This document shows positions 1-12,190 of a DNA stretch of 64,000 nt, piece by piece (the stretch's first letter is position 1; the number at the start of each line of letters is the position of its first letter). The DNA is from Mobula hypostoma. Its lineage: Eukaryota. The stretch lies in NCBI RefSeq assembly GCF_963921235.1, contig NC_086101.1, positions 4,032,001-4,096,000 on the forward strand, written 5' to 3'. The notes beneath the pieces are model-generated. The model saw nothing but the letters and a program-made list of their open reading frames with translations, was not told the origin of the DNA and did no database searches. The position numbers and the translations under genes were made by a program.

Positions 1-430
1 ATGGAGGATTATGAGAGGAACGGTATATATCGGGAAAATGGATGCAGGCATCTATACTGTTTATGGATGGGACTACGACTAGAGTTCATAGGTTAAGGGT
101 GAAGGGTGAAACATGAAAGGGGAAGCTGGAGGGGAACGTGTTTACTGAGAGAGTGGTGCGAGTGCGGAACGAGCTCTCTGTGGAGGTGGTTCGATTTCAA
201 TATCTGAGCTTGGATAAGTACATGCATGGAAAGGGTGAGGTGGACTATTATCCAGGTGCAAGTCAGTGAGACTCGGCAGAATACCAGCTCAACACGGACT
301 AGATGGGCCGAAAGATCTGTTTCTCTGCTGTTGGTGGTGGCATCAGCAAAGACCATGGATCTGCGGCTGGAAAGTCTTGCTTCAGTTTGTGTTGGTGGAG
401 CAGCGTCTGTTGTCTGCTGTAGTGCTCTAT
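1..430 (+). mobile_element. Degraded CR1 LINE 3' fragment
   Basis: Similar to the 3' ends of other CR1 copies in the window (actagag..catagg, tttactgagagagtggtg, gggccgaa). Confidence 0.6.
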
Positions 431-717
431 GATTCGATGACTATTTGCAGAAATTGTCCTCTTTTGCACATTGATTGCTTGTTTTGTCTACGTGTATTTT
501 CCACCAAAATTGAATTGTTTTTACTTATTTCGCTGTGAACGCTGACAAGAAAATGAATTTCACGTTCGTACATCGTGACGTGCACGCACTTTGATAATAA
601 ATTTAATTTGACTTTGCTCCAGCAGGGAGTTGCACTTTGAGCCTGCCCTGCCTGCAGTACCGCTTTCCAGCAGCAGGTGGCGACGCCGCGCCGTGAAACT
701 GCACTGATCTTCAGACC

Positions 718-812
718 AACACGTACAAAACGCTGGAGGAACTCAGCAGGTCGGGCAGCATCCATGGAAACGAACAGTCAACGTTTCGGGCCGAGACCCT
801 TCGTCAGGACTG
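718..812 (-). mobile_element. Penelope-like terminal-repeat fragment
   Basis: Reverse complement of the sequence downstream of the GIY-YIG fragment at 46970-47100. Confidence 0.7.
775..812 (-). ncRNA. Minimal type I hammerhead ribozyme motif
   Basis: CAGTC-CTGACGA-agggtctcggccc-GAAA-CGTT-GACTG: stem I, CUGANGA core, stem II, GAAA, palindromic ACGT stem III. Confidence 0.65.
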
Positions 813-1459
813 ATCTTCAGGCTGCTCCCCATCCCATCCTCACATTGAAAGTGGCACTGTCATAAACTGAACCTTCTCACATCGATCAGCTGGATTGGCG
901 GGATCCTGAATTCAGGGCATTAATAAAGATGAACTACTGTTTTACAAAACAGCAGAACATCAGATCGGACAAATTTCCCAACTTCCACACCCATCTTCAC
1001 CTTCCACACAGACACGTAATCAGACCTCGCCAATCCCCCATGACTCCACACACAGACACTGATCCTTAAGGAAATCTTTCTATCCGTAGTTTTAGTTTTG
1101 CTCTGAATGTGATTCTAAAATCCTCCATGACAAACCTTTACAAATCAAAGAAACTGAAGCAGAAGGTGCACTTCCCTGTGCGGCCACCAGGTGGGGGAAT
1201 TGCCCCAGTTATTCGCTCTCACACTCTGCTTTCACCCATTCGGGACGGAATGTACCAGCAGATGCTCAGTGCATCGCTGTCAGGCTGGCGTGTAGAATAC
1301 TTAGTTCATGAGAATAAAACAGTTCCCAGCTTATATTGCGCTATATTACGGAAGCCCTCCAGTCACGGTAACACTCTCATGGAGAGGCGACTTTTCCAAC
1401 TTAGTGATACCTTGAGTCTCTGCACCCTGAGATGCCGATCTGTGCCAAGGAGCTACTGT

Positions 1460-1960
1460 GAGGGTCGGGCCTTCGTTGGCATTGGAGATGGTCCAGAGAA
1501 GGTTCACGAGAATGATCCAGAAATGAAAAGGTTAATGTATGAGGTGTACACGCTGGAGCTGGTAAGGATGAGGGTGGTGGTGGTGATGTTATCTCAGTGA
1601 AAACTAGCAAATATTGAAAGGCCCAGATAGAGTGGCTGTGGAGAGGATGTTTCCAATAGTGGGAGAGTCTATGACCAGAGGACACAGCCCCGGAATAGAG
1701 GCAACAGAGATCAGGACAAATTTCCTGAGTCAGAAGGTGGTGAATCTCTGGAACTCATTTCCACAGACTGCCATGGTCCGAGTCACTGAGTATATTTAAA
1801 GTGGAGATGAATAGGTTCTTGGTTAGTCAGGAGATCAAGGGTTATAGGGAGAAGGCAGCAGAATGGGGTTGAGATGAAAAATCAATTGGCCATATTGGAA
1901 ATGCTGAGTTATTCGATGGGCAGATTGGCCTGCTTCTGTCACTCCATCTTATGGTCCAAT
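1460..1960 (+). mobile_element. Degraded CR1 3' fragment
   Basis: RGHS...NFLSQKVVNLWNS peptide and a CR1-type 3' UTR. Confidence 0.75.
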
Positions 1961-1974
1961 TAAGACTCTTCTTA

Positions 1975-3594
1975 TTAGCACAATTTGGTCTTTTCTCAGG
2001 TTATAAATTAAATCTTAGTAAGAGTGAACTTTTTCCGATTAATAAACATCTTCCCTTATATTATAAATTTCCATTTAAATTGATTAATAATTACTTTTCA
2101 TATCTTGGGATTAAAATTACTTGTAAATACAAAGATTTATTTAAGACTAACTTTTTACCATTAATAGATCATATTACTCAACTTTCATCTAAATGGTTTC
2201 CTTTATATTTAACTTTGATTGGTCGTATTAATGCGGTTAAGATGTTTTTTTTGCCAAAATTTTTATATGTGTTTCAGGCATTACCAATTTTCGTTCCAAA
2301 ATCTTTTTTTGATAAAGTTGACTCTAAAATTTCTTCATTTATTTGGCAGAATAAGAATCCGAGACTGGGTAAAATACATTTACAGAAAGCTAAGAGAGAT
2401 GGAGGTTTAGCATTACCTAACTTTAGATTCTATTATTGGGCTATTAATATTCGACATATGAAATTTTGGTTACTTGACCAGGACATACTATCTATTCCTA
2501 AATGGGTAGCATTGGAATTACAATCGGTTCAGGGTTATACACTTGGTTCTATTTTAGGCTCTTCTCTCCCTTTTGATTCGAAACGTCTTAAGCAGGTCTC
2601 TAACCCGATAGTTAAATATGCTTTGCGCATTTGGTTTCAATTCAGAAAATTTTTTGATCTTAATCAATTCGGGTTAGCGATTCCTATTTTAGGTAACATA
2701 TTTTTTCCTCCCTCTTTTACGGATCGCGCTTTTCAAACTTGGAAGACTAAGGGTATTTTACGGTTTTTGGATTTATTTTTAGATGGTTCCCTTATGTCTT
2801 TTGAACAATTATCTAATAAATATAACTTATCAAGAATACATTTTTTTAGATATTTACAAGTTAGAAATTTCCTAAGTACTATACTTTCTTCCTTTCCAAT
2901 GCTTCCTCCTACATATATTTTAGATTCGATAATTAACCGTAATCCATGTCAGAAAAGTGCATCGGCTATGATTTATAATATTATTATGAAACTTAGGAAA
3001 GCTCCATTTGATAAGATTAGGGTAGATTGGGAACAGGAATTGGGGCTTACCATTTCTGTGGATGATTGGGGGCAGATTTTACAATTAGTTAATACTTCCT
3101 CTATTTGTGCTAAACATTCCCTAATTCAATTTAAAGTGGTTCATAGAGCACATATGTCCAAAGATAAGTTAGCGCGTTTTTACTCGCATATTAATCCTTT
3201 CTGTGATAGATGTTCGGGGCAGATAGCCTCTTTAACTCATATGTTTTGGTCTTGCCCTGCTTTGGAAACTTTTTGGAGAGATATTTTCAATATTATTTCT
3301 AAGGTATTAAATATAGATATCTCTCCTCACCCTATTACTGCTATCTTTGGACTACCTAAAATTTCTAGTAATCTTTCCCCTTCAGCCCGTAGAATGATTG
3401 CATTTCTTACTTTAATGGCGAAAAGATGTATTTTACAACATTGGAAAGAGCTTAATGCTCCAACTACCTTTTTTTGGTTTTCTCAGACGATTTTATGTTT
3501 GAATTTGGAGAAAATTAGAAGTAACCTTTATGATTCTTCATTTAAATTTGAACAGATTTGGGGACCTTTTATTCGATATTTTCATTTAATGTAA
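1975..3594 (+). CDS. L1 ORF2 C-terminal half (end of RT region, GGLALPN motif, CDRC..HMFWSC zinc knuckle), 5' truncated
   Basis: About 540 uninterrupted codons: FSGYKLNLSKSE, YLGI, GRINAVKM, CCHC; the ATG at 1951 lies in flanking DNA. Confidence 0.85.
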   Translation, partial: LAQFGLFSGYKLNLSKSELFPINKHLPLYYKFPFKLINNYFSYLGIKITCKYKDLFKTNFLPLIDHITQLSSKWFPLYLTLIGRINAVKMFFLPKFLYVFQALPIFVPKSFFDKVDSKISSFIWQNKNPRLGKIHLQKAKRDGGLALPNFRFYYWAINIRHMKFWLLDQDILSIPKWVALELQSVQGYTLGSILGSSLPFDSKRLKQVSNPIVKYALRIWFQFRKFFDLNQFGLAIPILGNIFFPPSFTDRAFQTWKTKGILRFLDLFLDGSLMSFEQLSNKYNLSRIHFFRYLQVRNFLSTILSSFPMLPPTYILDSIINRNPCQKSASAMIYNIIMKLRKAPFDKIRVDWEQELGLTISVDDWGQILQLVNTSSICAKHSLIQFKVVHRAHMSKDKLARFYSHINPFCDRCSGQIASLTHMFWSCPALETFWRDIFNIISKVLNIDISPHPITAIFGLPKISSNLSPSARRMIAFLTLMAKRCILQHWKELNAPTTFFWFSQTILCLNLEKIRSNLYDSSFKFEQIWGPFIRYFHLM

Positions 3595-3952
3595 TATTTA
3601 CCCTTCTTGTTTTTTTTTCACTGTTTTTAATGGAGGTCGGGATTGAGGACGTGATTTTAAGTTTAACTCTGTTTGGTTTCAAGTTAGCCCATTGCTTTGC
3701 TTTGCTTTTAGTTAGCTGCACGGTGGGTTTTTTTTTGGGGTTTTTTTTTTCTTTTTTTTCCATTGATATATATAAAATTTAGTATACTATTATGTTATCT
3801 TGGTTTCTTATGTTTAAATTACATTGTTTGTAGTAATTTCTTTTTGGTATTGATATCTTTTGGAATTTTATTATACTTTAACATTGTATTAATGTTTATA
3901 TGGCTTACCTTTTTTGTATACTTACTCAATAAAAAGATTTAAAAAAGAAAGA
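1975..3952 (+). mobile_element. 5'-truncated L1/Tx1-clade LINE, young
   Basis: 13-bp TSD AAGACTCTTCTTA (1962-1974, 3953-3965); T-rich 3' UTR, AATAAA and A-rich tail. Confidence 0.92.
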
Positions 3953-3994
3953 AAGACTCTTCTTACCTTTCCACACCTTTTCCAGAATAATCAC

Positions 3995-4870
3995 TGTCTG
4001 ATACTCTGCACCGTGGGATACACCACCCTGAGACTCTGCACCGTGGGGTACACCACCCTGAGACTCTGCACCGTGGGGTATTCCACCCTGAGACTCTGCA
4101 CCGTGGGGTTCTCCACCCTGAGATTCTGCACCGTGGGGTTCTCCACCCTGAGATTCTGCACCGTGGGGTAGACCACCGTGAGACTCTGCAACGTGGGGTT
4201 CTCCACGCTGAGACTCTGCACCGTGGATCTCCACCCTGAGACTCTGCACCGTGGGGTTCTCCACCATGAGACTCTGCACCGTGGGGTTCTCCACCCTGAG
4301 ACTCTGCACCGTGGGGTATTCCACCCTGAGACTCTGCACCGTGGGGTTCTCCACCATGAGACTCTGCACCGTGGGGTATTCCACCCTGAGACTCTGCACC
4401 GTGGGGTACACCACCATGAGACTCTGCACCATGGGGTACTTTACCCTGAGACTCTGCACCGTGGGGTTGTCCACCCTGAGACTCTGCACCGTGGGGTACA
4501 CCACCCTGAGACTCTGCACCGTGGGGTTGTCCACCCTGAGACTCTGCACCGAGGGGTTCTCCACCCTGAGACTCTGCACCGTGGGGTACACCACCCTGAG
4601 ACTCTGCACCGTGGGGTTGTCCACCCTGAGACTCTGCACTGAGGGGTTCTCCACCCTGAGACTCTGCACCGTGGGGTACACCACCCTGAGACTCTGCACC
4701 GTGGGGTTGTCCACCCTGAGACTCTGCACCGGGGGGTACCCCACCCTGAGACTCTGCACACGTGGTAATGCTGGTTGGAAGTCTACACTGTGAGGTACAA
4801 CACCCCAATCTCTGCACATGGGGTACTGCTGATTGGGAGTCTACACTGTGGAGTACTTCACCTTGCCACG
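3995..4870. repeat. 30-bp minisatellite (CCACCCTGAGACTCTGCACCGTGGGGTNNN), about 26 good copies plus a degenerate tail
   Basis: Direct 30-nt periodicity; one 28-nt unit near 4225. Confidence 0.97.
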
Positions 4871-5299
4871 CAGTGCCAGTCAGGGACCAGCCTTTGTCCA
4901 TTATTCTGACTGCTTATTTCCAGGCTGCATCATCCCTTCCTGTCTCTCCCCAACCACACTAACCCTAAAATTAAAAGTTACAATTTTAATCAAGGGGACC
5001 CAGGAGCAACTCATCGATGAGAAAGGCAGCAAACTTCGTCAAGGAGGTCATTCGAAGTTAATTAGTGCAGAAGGGAAGCCGCACTTTTAAAATGGAAACC
5101 GAAACGGGAAACTGCAGCTGCTGGAAATCTGAAATAAAATCAGAAACTGTTGGAAATATTTAGTCGGCCAGGCAGCCTCTGTGGAGGGGGGACCAAGCTA
5201 ATGTTTTAGGCCAATACCAGTTCTAACTGAAAGGTTTTTACTGGATGTATTGATTGCGTTTTGTTTTCTCATCAAAATGTGTGTGAAGAAACAAATCTC

Positions 5300-5770
5300 G
5301 GTGGAAACTGCCCAAAGTATCACCAGCACCTGCCTAACCCCATCAAGGCACATCGACAGAAAAGGAGCTAGAGAAGGGCTGATAACATCATGAAGGATCC
5401 CACCTTCCCTGTTGATGGACATTTGCTCCACACTCTCACCAGGGAGGAGGCCACGTAGCATCTACGCCCGGACTGCTAGACCCAAAAATAGTTACTTTCC
5501 CCAAGCAGTAAGTCTGATCAAACCCTCCACACCCCATCCACCACTACATCATCATTTCCTGTCGGTCACTTTCTGCCTGTGGTCACTTTATGGACACACA
5601 ATCAATCTGTGTCGATAAGCTATCCCATGTAGTTACATTGATTGTGATGTTTTATTATTATTGTGGTGTTTATCTCATTGTGGGTTGTTCTGGTGCTGTA
5701 TTGGATCCAGACTAACAGTCGTTTCATTCTCCTTTATACTTGTGCTCCGGAAATGTCTTTAAACACTTAA
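5300..5770 (+). mobile_element. Degraded Rex-Babar/L2-type LINE 3' fragment
   Basis: KDPPSL...RTARPKNSYFPQAV peptide, similar to 23011-23330. Confidence 0.55.
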
Positions 5771-5829
5771 ATCTTTCTGCTGGTTATGCGGTTTCTCAGA
5801 AAACTTTCCGTGTGTTTCCAGATGAACAG

Positions 5830-8800
5830 ATAGGAACTGAGGCATGACCATGCAGTGTGTGGACATCAGCGAGTTAGACCGGCGGGAAGAATTTAAAAGG
5901 AGAACATTTTTTCTTCAGCAGTTTGATCGAGGCACAACTGCACAGGCGCATGGACGTCAACGAGTTAAACCACTGTGAAGAATTTAAAATGAAGACAGCT
6001 TTATAGAGCGGGTGCCGGAGTAGAGGGAGTCAGAGAAGGAGGGCTTTGGCTCAACAGGTCTTCAGTGATAACAGGTCGAGGCGAGGCAAGTTACTTGTGA
6101 AGAATAGAAACAGGAAGTATGTCTGTGAGACCGGTGTTCTTTACTGGGTGTCAGATGTGGGAAGTCTGGGAGACTCCCAGCCTCCCGGACGGCCACATCT
6201 GCAGCAGAAGCGTCGAGCTGCAGCTCCTTAGGGACCGGGTTAGGGAACTGGAGATGCAGCACGATGACCTTCATCTGGTCAGGGAGAGTGAGGAGGTGAT
6301 AGAGAGGAGCTATAGGCAGGTAGTCTCTCCGGGGCCTGGGGAGACAGATAAGTGGGTAACAGTCAGGAGAAGGAAGAGCAAGAGTCAGATACTAGACAGT
6401 ACCCCTGTGACTGCCCTCCTTAACAATAAGTACTCCTGTTTGAGTACTTTTGGGGGGAGCGACCTACCTGGGGGAAGCAACAGTGGCCGCGCCTCTGGCA
6501 CAGAGTCCGACCCTGTGGCTCAGAAGGGTAGGGAAAGGAAAAAGGCAGCAGTGATAGGGGACTCTGTAGTTAGGGGGTCAGACAGGCGATTCTGTGGACG
6601 CAGGAAAGAAACATAGTTGGTGGTTTGCCTCCCAAGTGCCAGGGTCCAGGATGTTTCTGATCGCATCCACGATATCCTGAAGTGGGAAGGTGAACATCCA
6701 GACGTCTTAGTACATATTGGTACCAATGACATAGTTAGGAAAAGGGAGGAGGTGCTGAAAACAGACGACAGGGAGTTAGGAAAGAAGCACAGAAGCAGGA
6801 CCACAAGGGTAGTAAATTCAGGATTACTGACTGTGCCACCCAACGGTGAGTATAGGAATAGATTGAGGTGGAGGATAAATATGTGGCTGAGGGATTGGAG
6901 CAGGGGGCAGGGATTCAGATTTCTGGATCCTTGGGATCTCTTTTGGGGTAGGTGTGACCTGTACACCGAGGGGACGAATATTCTAGCGAGAAGGTTTGCT
7001 CATGCTATTGGGAAGAGTTTAAACTAGAATTGCTGGGGGTTGGGAACCATACTGAAGAGACGGAGGAAGGGGCAGTTGAATCACAAATTGAGAAAGCTTA
7101 TAGGCAGCGAGAGAGTGAGCATAGGTAGGTGATAGAGAAGGGATGCGCTCAGACCGATCGTTTGAAATGTGTCCATCTTAATGCGAGGAGAATCATGAAC
7201 AAAGCGGATGAGCTTAGAGCATGGATCAGTTCTTGGAGCTTTAATGTTGTTGCCATTACAGAGACTTGGATGGCTGAGGGGTAGGAATGGTTACTAAGAG
7301 TGCCAGGCTTGAGATGTTTCAGAAAGGACACGGAGGGAAGCAAAAGAGGTGGGGTGTGGCACTGTTGATCAGAGATAGTGTCATGGCTGCAGAAAAGGAG
7401 GAAGTCATGGAGGGATTGTCTACTGAGTCTCTGTGGGTGCAAGTTAGGAACAGGAAGGGGTCAATAACTCTACTGGGTGTTTTTTTTATAGGCCACCCAA
7501 TAGTAACAGGGACATCGAGGAGCAGATAGGGAGACAGATTCTGGAAAGGTATAATTGCAACAGAGCTGTCGTGGAGGAAGATTTTAATTTCCCAAATATT
7601 GATTGGCATCTCACGAGAGCAAGGGATTTAGATGGGGTGGAGTTTGTTAGGTGTGTTCAAGAAGGTTTCCTGACACAATATGTAGTTACGCCTACAAGAG
7701 GAGAGGCTGTATTTGATCTGGTATTGGGAAATGAACCTGGGCAGGTGTCAGGACTCTCAGTGGGAGAGCATTTTTGAGGCAGTGATCACAATTCTATCTC
7801 CTTTACCATAATATTGGAGAGAGATAGGAATGGACAAGTTAGGAAAGCATTTAATAGGAATAAGGGGAAATATGAAGCTATCAGGCAGGAACTTGGAAGC
7901 ATAAATTGGGAGCATATGTTCTCAGGGAAATATGCAGCAGAAATGTGACAAATGTTCAGGGGATATTTGCGTGGTTTTCTGCATAGGTACGTTGCAATGA
8001 GGCAGGAAAAGGGTGGTAAGGTACAGGAACAATGGTATACAAAGGCTGTTGAAAGTCTAGTAAAGAGGAAACGAAAAGCTTATGAAAGATTCAAAAAAAC
8101 TAGGTAATTATACAGATCTAGAAAATTATAAGGCCAGCAGTAAGGAGTTTAAGCATGAAATTAGGAGACCAAAAGGGGCCACGAGAAGGCCTTGGCGAGC
8201 AGGATTAAGGAAATCCCCAAGGCATTCTACAAGTATGTGAAGAGCAAGAGGATAAGATGTGAGAGAATGGGACCAATCAAGTGTGAAGGCGGGAAAGTGC
8301 ATATGAAACTGGAGGAGGTAGCGGACGTACTTAATGAATACTTTGCTTCAGCATTCACAACGGAAAACGATCTTGGCGGTTGTATGGATGAATTATAGCA
8401 GACTGAAAAGATTGAGCATATAGACATTAACAAAGAGGATGTGCTGGAGTTTCTGAAAAGCATCAAGTTGGATAAGTCATCGGGACCGGATGACATGTAC
8501 CCCAGGCTACTGTGGGAGGCAAGGGAGGAGATTGCTGAGCCTTTGCCGATGATCTTTGCATCATCAGTGGGGACGGGAGAAGTTCTGGAGGATGAGAGGT
8601 TTGCAGATGTTGTTCCCTTATTCAAGAAAGTGAGTAGAGACAGCTGAGGAAATTATAGACCAGTGAGTCTTACTTCAGAAGTTGGTACGTTGATGGAGAA
8701 GATCCTGAGAGGCAGGTTTTCTGAACATTTGGAGAGGCATAATATGATTAGGAATGGTCAGCATGGCTTTGTCAAAGACAGGTCGTGCCTTACGAGCTTG

Positions 8801-10003
8801 ATTGAGTTTTTTTGAGGTTGTAACTAAACACATTGATGAACGGAGAGCCATTGATGTAGTGTATATGGATTTCAGCAAGGCATTTGATAAGGTACCCCAT
8901 GCAAGGTTTATTGAGAAAGTAAGGAGGCATGGGATCCAAGGGGACATTGCTTTATGGATCCAGAACTGGCTTGCTCACAGAAGGCAAAGAGTGGTTGTAG
9001 ACGGGTCATATTCTGCGTGGAGGTCGGTGACCAGTGGTGTGCCTCAGGGATCTGTTCTGGGATCCTTGCTCTTCGTGATTTTTATAAATGACCTGGATGA
9101 GGAAGTGGTGAGATGGGTTAGTAAATTTGCTGATGACACAAAGGTTGGGAGTGTTGTGGATAGTATGGAGGACTGTCAGAAGTTACAGCGGGACATTGAT
9201 AGGTTGCAAAACTGGGCTGAGAAGTGGCAGATGGAGTTCGACACAGATAAGTGTGAGGTGGTTCATTTTGAAAGAATATAGTATTAATGGTAAGACTCTT
9301 TGCAGTGCGGAGGATCAGAGAAATCTTGGGGTCCGTGTCCATAGGACACTCAAAGCCGCTGCGCAGGTTGATTGTGTGGTTAAAAAGGCATACGGTGCAC
9401 TGGCCTTCATCAACCGTGGGACTGAGTTTAAGAGTTAATGCTGCAGCTATATAGGACCCTGGTCAGACTGTGGAGTACTGTGTTCAGTTCTGGTCACCTC
9501 ACTGCAGGAAGGATGTGGAAACCATAGAAAGGGTGCAGAGGAGATTTACAAAGATGTTGCCTGGATTGGGGAGCATGCCTTATGAAAACAGGTTGAGTGA
9601 ACTCGGCCTTTTCTCCTTGCAGCGACGGAGGATGAGAGGTGACCTGATCGAGGTGCATAAGATAATGAGAGGCATTGATCGTGTGGATAGTGAGAGGCTT
9701 GTCCCCAGGGCTGAAATGGCTAACACGAGAGGGAACAGTTTTAAGGTGCTTGGAAGTAGGTACAGAGGACAGAGGTATGTTATTTAACACAGAGAGTGGT
9801 GAGTGTGTGGAATGGGCTGCCGGCGACGGTGGTGGAGGCGGATACGATAGGGTCTTTTAAGAAACTCTTGGATAGGTACATGGAGCTTAGAAAAATAGAG
9901 GGCTATGGGTAACTCTAGGTAATTTCTAAAGTAAGTACATGTTTGGCACAGCATTGTGGGCCGAATGGTCTGTATTGTGCTGTAGGTTTTCTATGTTTCT
10001 ATG
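5830..10003 (+). mobile_element. Near full-length decayed CR1 LINE (subfamily A): ORF1 (zinc finger/leucine zipper and SGNH esterase) and ORF2 (APE endonuclease, RT)
   Basis: ORF1 6119-7027 (VIGDS, HIGTND); ORF2 pieces with DFSKAFD, GVPQGSVLG, KFADDTK; (TTCTATG) tail. Confidence 0.93.
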
Positions 10004-11019
10004 AATAAAAATTAAATCAGGGGTTATTCTGTGGTTTTGAGGTGGGTAGATTGAGCGCTTAACCCAGGGTTGAATCCTTTGTTGATCTACAGTATTTAAT
10101 GTCCGAGGAAGTGTGTGACAGCGGAATCTACACACTGAACACTCACGCAGTCTCCGAGCTGCAGGTTCGCCGGACAAAGATCTCCGAAGGTCAGTGGAGA
10201 AAGGACAAGAGTTGTTTCTGCGGTGTGGAGGTGATCGGTGGATGTGCTGGTAACATGTTCTCTTCCCCTTACTCCCTTCAGGGAGGGGTAGCTGAACAAT
10301 CCGTCAGCGCATGAACTGTCACCTCACTGCTTTGCACAGCACACACACAATGCTGGAGGAACTCAGCAGGTCAGACACCATCAATGGGGGAGAATAAAGA
10401 CAGGACGCTTTGGCCCGACACCATTTATTGTTTCATCCAGTGGCTCGTGCTTTACTCCGGGTTTTCCTACACTGCGGTTCCTCGTCACCGAAAGGACCGA
10501 GCGAGGGCGCTTGACGAAGGTTGACCTGAGAGTAGTTTAAAAGTTCGGCTCAACAGTGCGGGCTGAATGGCCTGTACTGCAAATCTGCAGGCGCTGGAAA
10601 TCTAGAGCAACGCATAGAACATACTGGAGGAACTCAACAGATTAGACATCATCTCTGGAGAGGAATAAACTGACGATGTTTCAGGCCGAGACCATTGACT
10701 GGAACTCACTCATTATTTTAATCTTTCTCTCTGTGCATTATTTATTTTAAGGAATATTTACTTTAAATAATTATTGTTGTAACTTACAGAATTGTTCATG
10801 ATTATACTGTACTGCAGTGCATCTGGAAAACCATAAATTTCATAGATCGTAGAACGAAGTCGGTCCGACCTTCTCACCTACACTGAGAGCAACCTAACTT
10901 TTCGCTCCAACATAACCCTCCATTGGAAGATACATGTCAGTGATATAAACCTGATTCTCGTTATGGTTCACGTTCAGATTTAGATTCTGGAGGAAGGCGA
11001 AGGGCTCCTTCTCATAACA

Positions 11020-11350
11020 AATTTACGGGTGCGAATGCAGGCAGGCTTTTTCACTGGGGTTGGGTAAGACTCGAACTAGAGGTCATGGGTGAAGGGTGAA
11101 AGGTAAAATATTTCATGGGAACATGAGGGGGACGCTCTTCACTCTGAGGATGGTGGGAGTGTGGAATGAGCTACCAGCACAGACAGATGCGGGTTCGATT
11201 TCAACGTTGACGAACAATTTGGATGGGTACAGGAATGGAAGGGGTATGGAGGGCAATGGTCCAGGTGCTGGTCGATGGGACGAGGCAGATTAATAGTCTG
11301 GCACAGAGTAGATGGGCCAAAGGGCCTGGTTCATGATGTTGTGTCTCTCT
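11020..11350 (+). mobile_element. CR1 3' fragment
   Basis: FTLRMVGVWNELP peptide and CR1-type 3' UTR. Confidence 0.75.
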
Positions 11351-11426
11351 GACTTTCATCAGCGAGAAAGGGAGATCAAGGGCGGGGAAAGAGCACTCGA
11401 TCGGTGAGCTCATTGCGTTCCTCCTC

Positions 11427-11573
11427 CTAATTGATAAACACCAGTGTCCCCTGAAGCGACTGCCTGAGCCACGGCTGCACCTTGAACAGGTTGATGTGGA
11501 AATCGCGGGCACTGTTCCTGTCAGGATTGAAGTCTGTACACACGTTTATCGATCCCCAGCTCACCACACCTGC
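11427..11573 (-). CDS. CFB: Factor B/C2-like terminal coding exon (AGVVSWGSINVC...ARDFHINLFKVQPWLRQSLQGTLVFIN*)
   Basis: tctccgcag acceptor; GVVSWG plus the Bf/C2-diagnostic RDFHINLF motif; TAG stop at 11429-11427. Confidence 0.95.
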   Translation of the reverse strand, partial: AGVVSWGSINVCTDFNPDRNSARDFHINLFKVQPWLRQSLQGTLVFIN

Positions 11574-11619
11574 CTGCGGAGAGTAGAAGAGACGCGCTGT
11601 CAGAATCCGCCAACGTTGA

Positions 11620-12190
11620 CAATAAATACAGCAGATTCTGCAGAAGCTGTAAATCCAGAGAAACACACACAAAACGCTGGAGGTCAGGCAGCATCTGTGC
11701 TGACTTCGCCAGGACTGGAAATGAGGGAGAACGATGCCAGCGGTGGAGCGAGAGGAGGGGGAGGGGCGATGAAGTAACTGTCTGGGATGTGATAGGTAAA
11801 ATAGGGAAAGGGCTGGAGAGGAAGGAATCTGATAGGAGAGAAGATTGGGCCATGGGAGAAAGGGAAGGAGGAGGGGAACCAGGGGGATGTGATGGGCATG
11901 TGTGGAGAAGAGATCAGCGCAGAGGGGAAGCAGAGTGGGGTACTGCAGAAGAGGGAAAAGGAGGGGAAAAATTACCTGAAATTAGAGCAATCATTCCATC
12001 AAGTTTGAGGCTCCCCAGAGGAGTATGAGGCTTTGCTCCTCCAACCTGAGAGTGGCCTGAGTGGGGGCGATGGACCAGGTTTCGGAATGGGCATGGGGGT
12101 TGGAATTAAAATGGTTGACCACGGGGAAATCCTGTGTGATTTTGATTTGTGTATAGAGCAAAGGTGGAAGGTGCTCGATAACATTGCCAG
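11620..12190 (-). mobile_element. Degraded Penelope-like element 3' fragment
   Basis: PVVNHFNS...ATLRLEEQSLI peptide, homologous to the GIY-YIG fragments at 45362-46700. Confidence 0.75.

Noticed and set aside
1109..1600. 163-aa ORF
   Set aside because: No recognisable domain; the 3' part runs into decayed CR1.
3995..4760. CRISPR-like regular repeat
   Set aside because: Contiguous tandem units without unique spacers; eukaryotic context; no cas genes.
3926..4901. Long repetitive ORFs (297 and 312 aa and others)
   Set aside because: By-products of a stop-free 30-bp minisatellite, open on both strands, with no gene context.
10096..10314. Short ORFs on both strands in unique sequence
   Set aside because: No recognisable homology or convincing splice pair.
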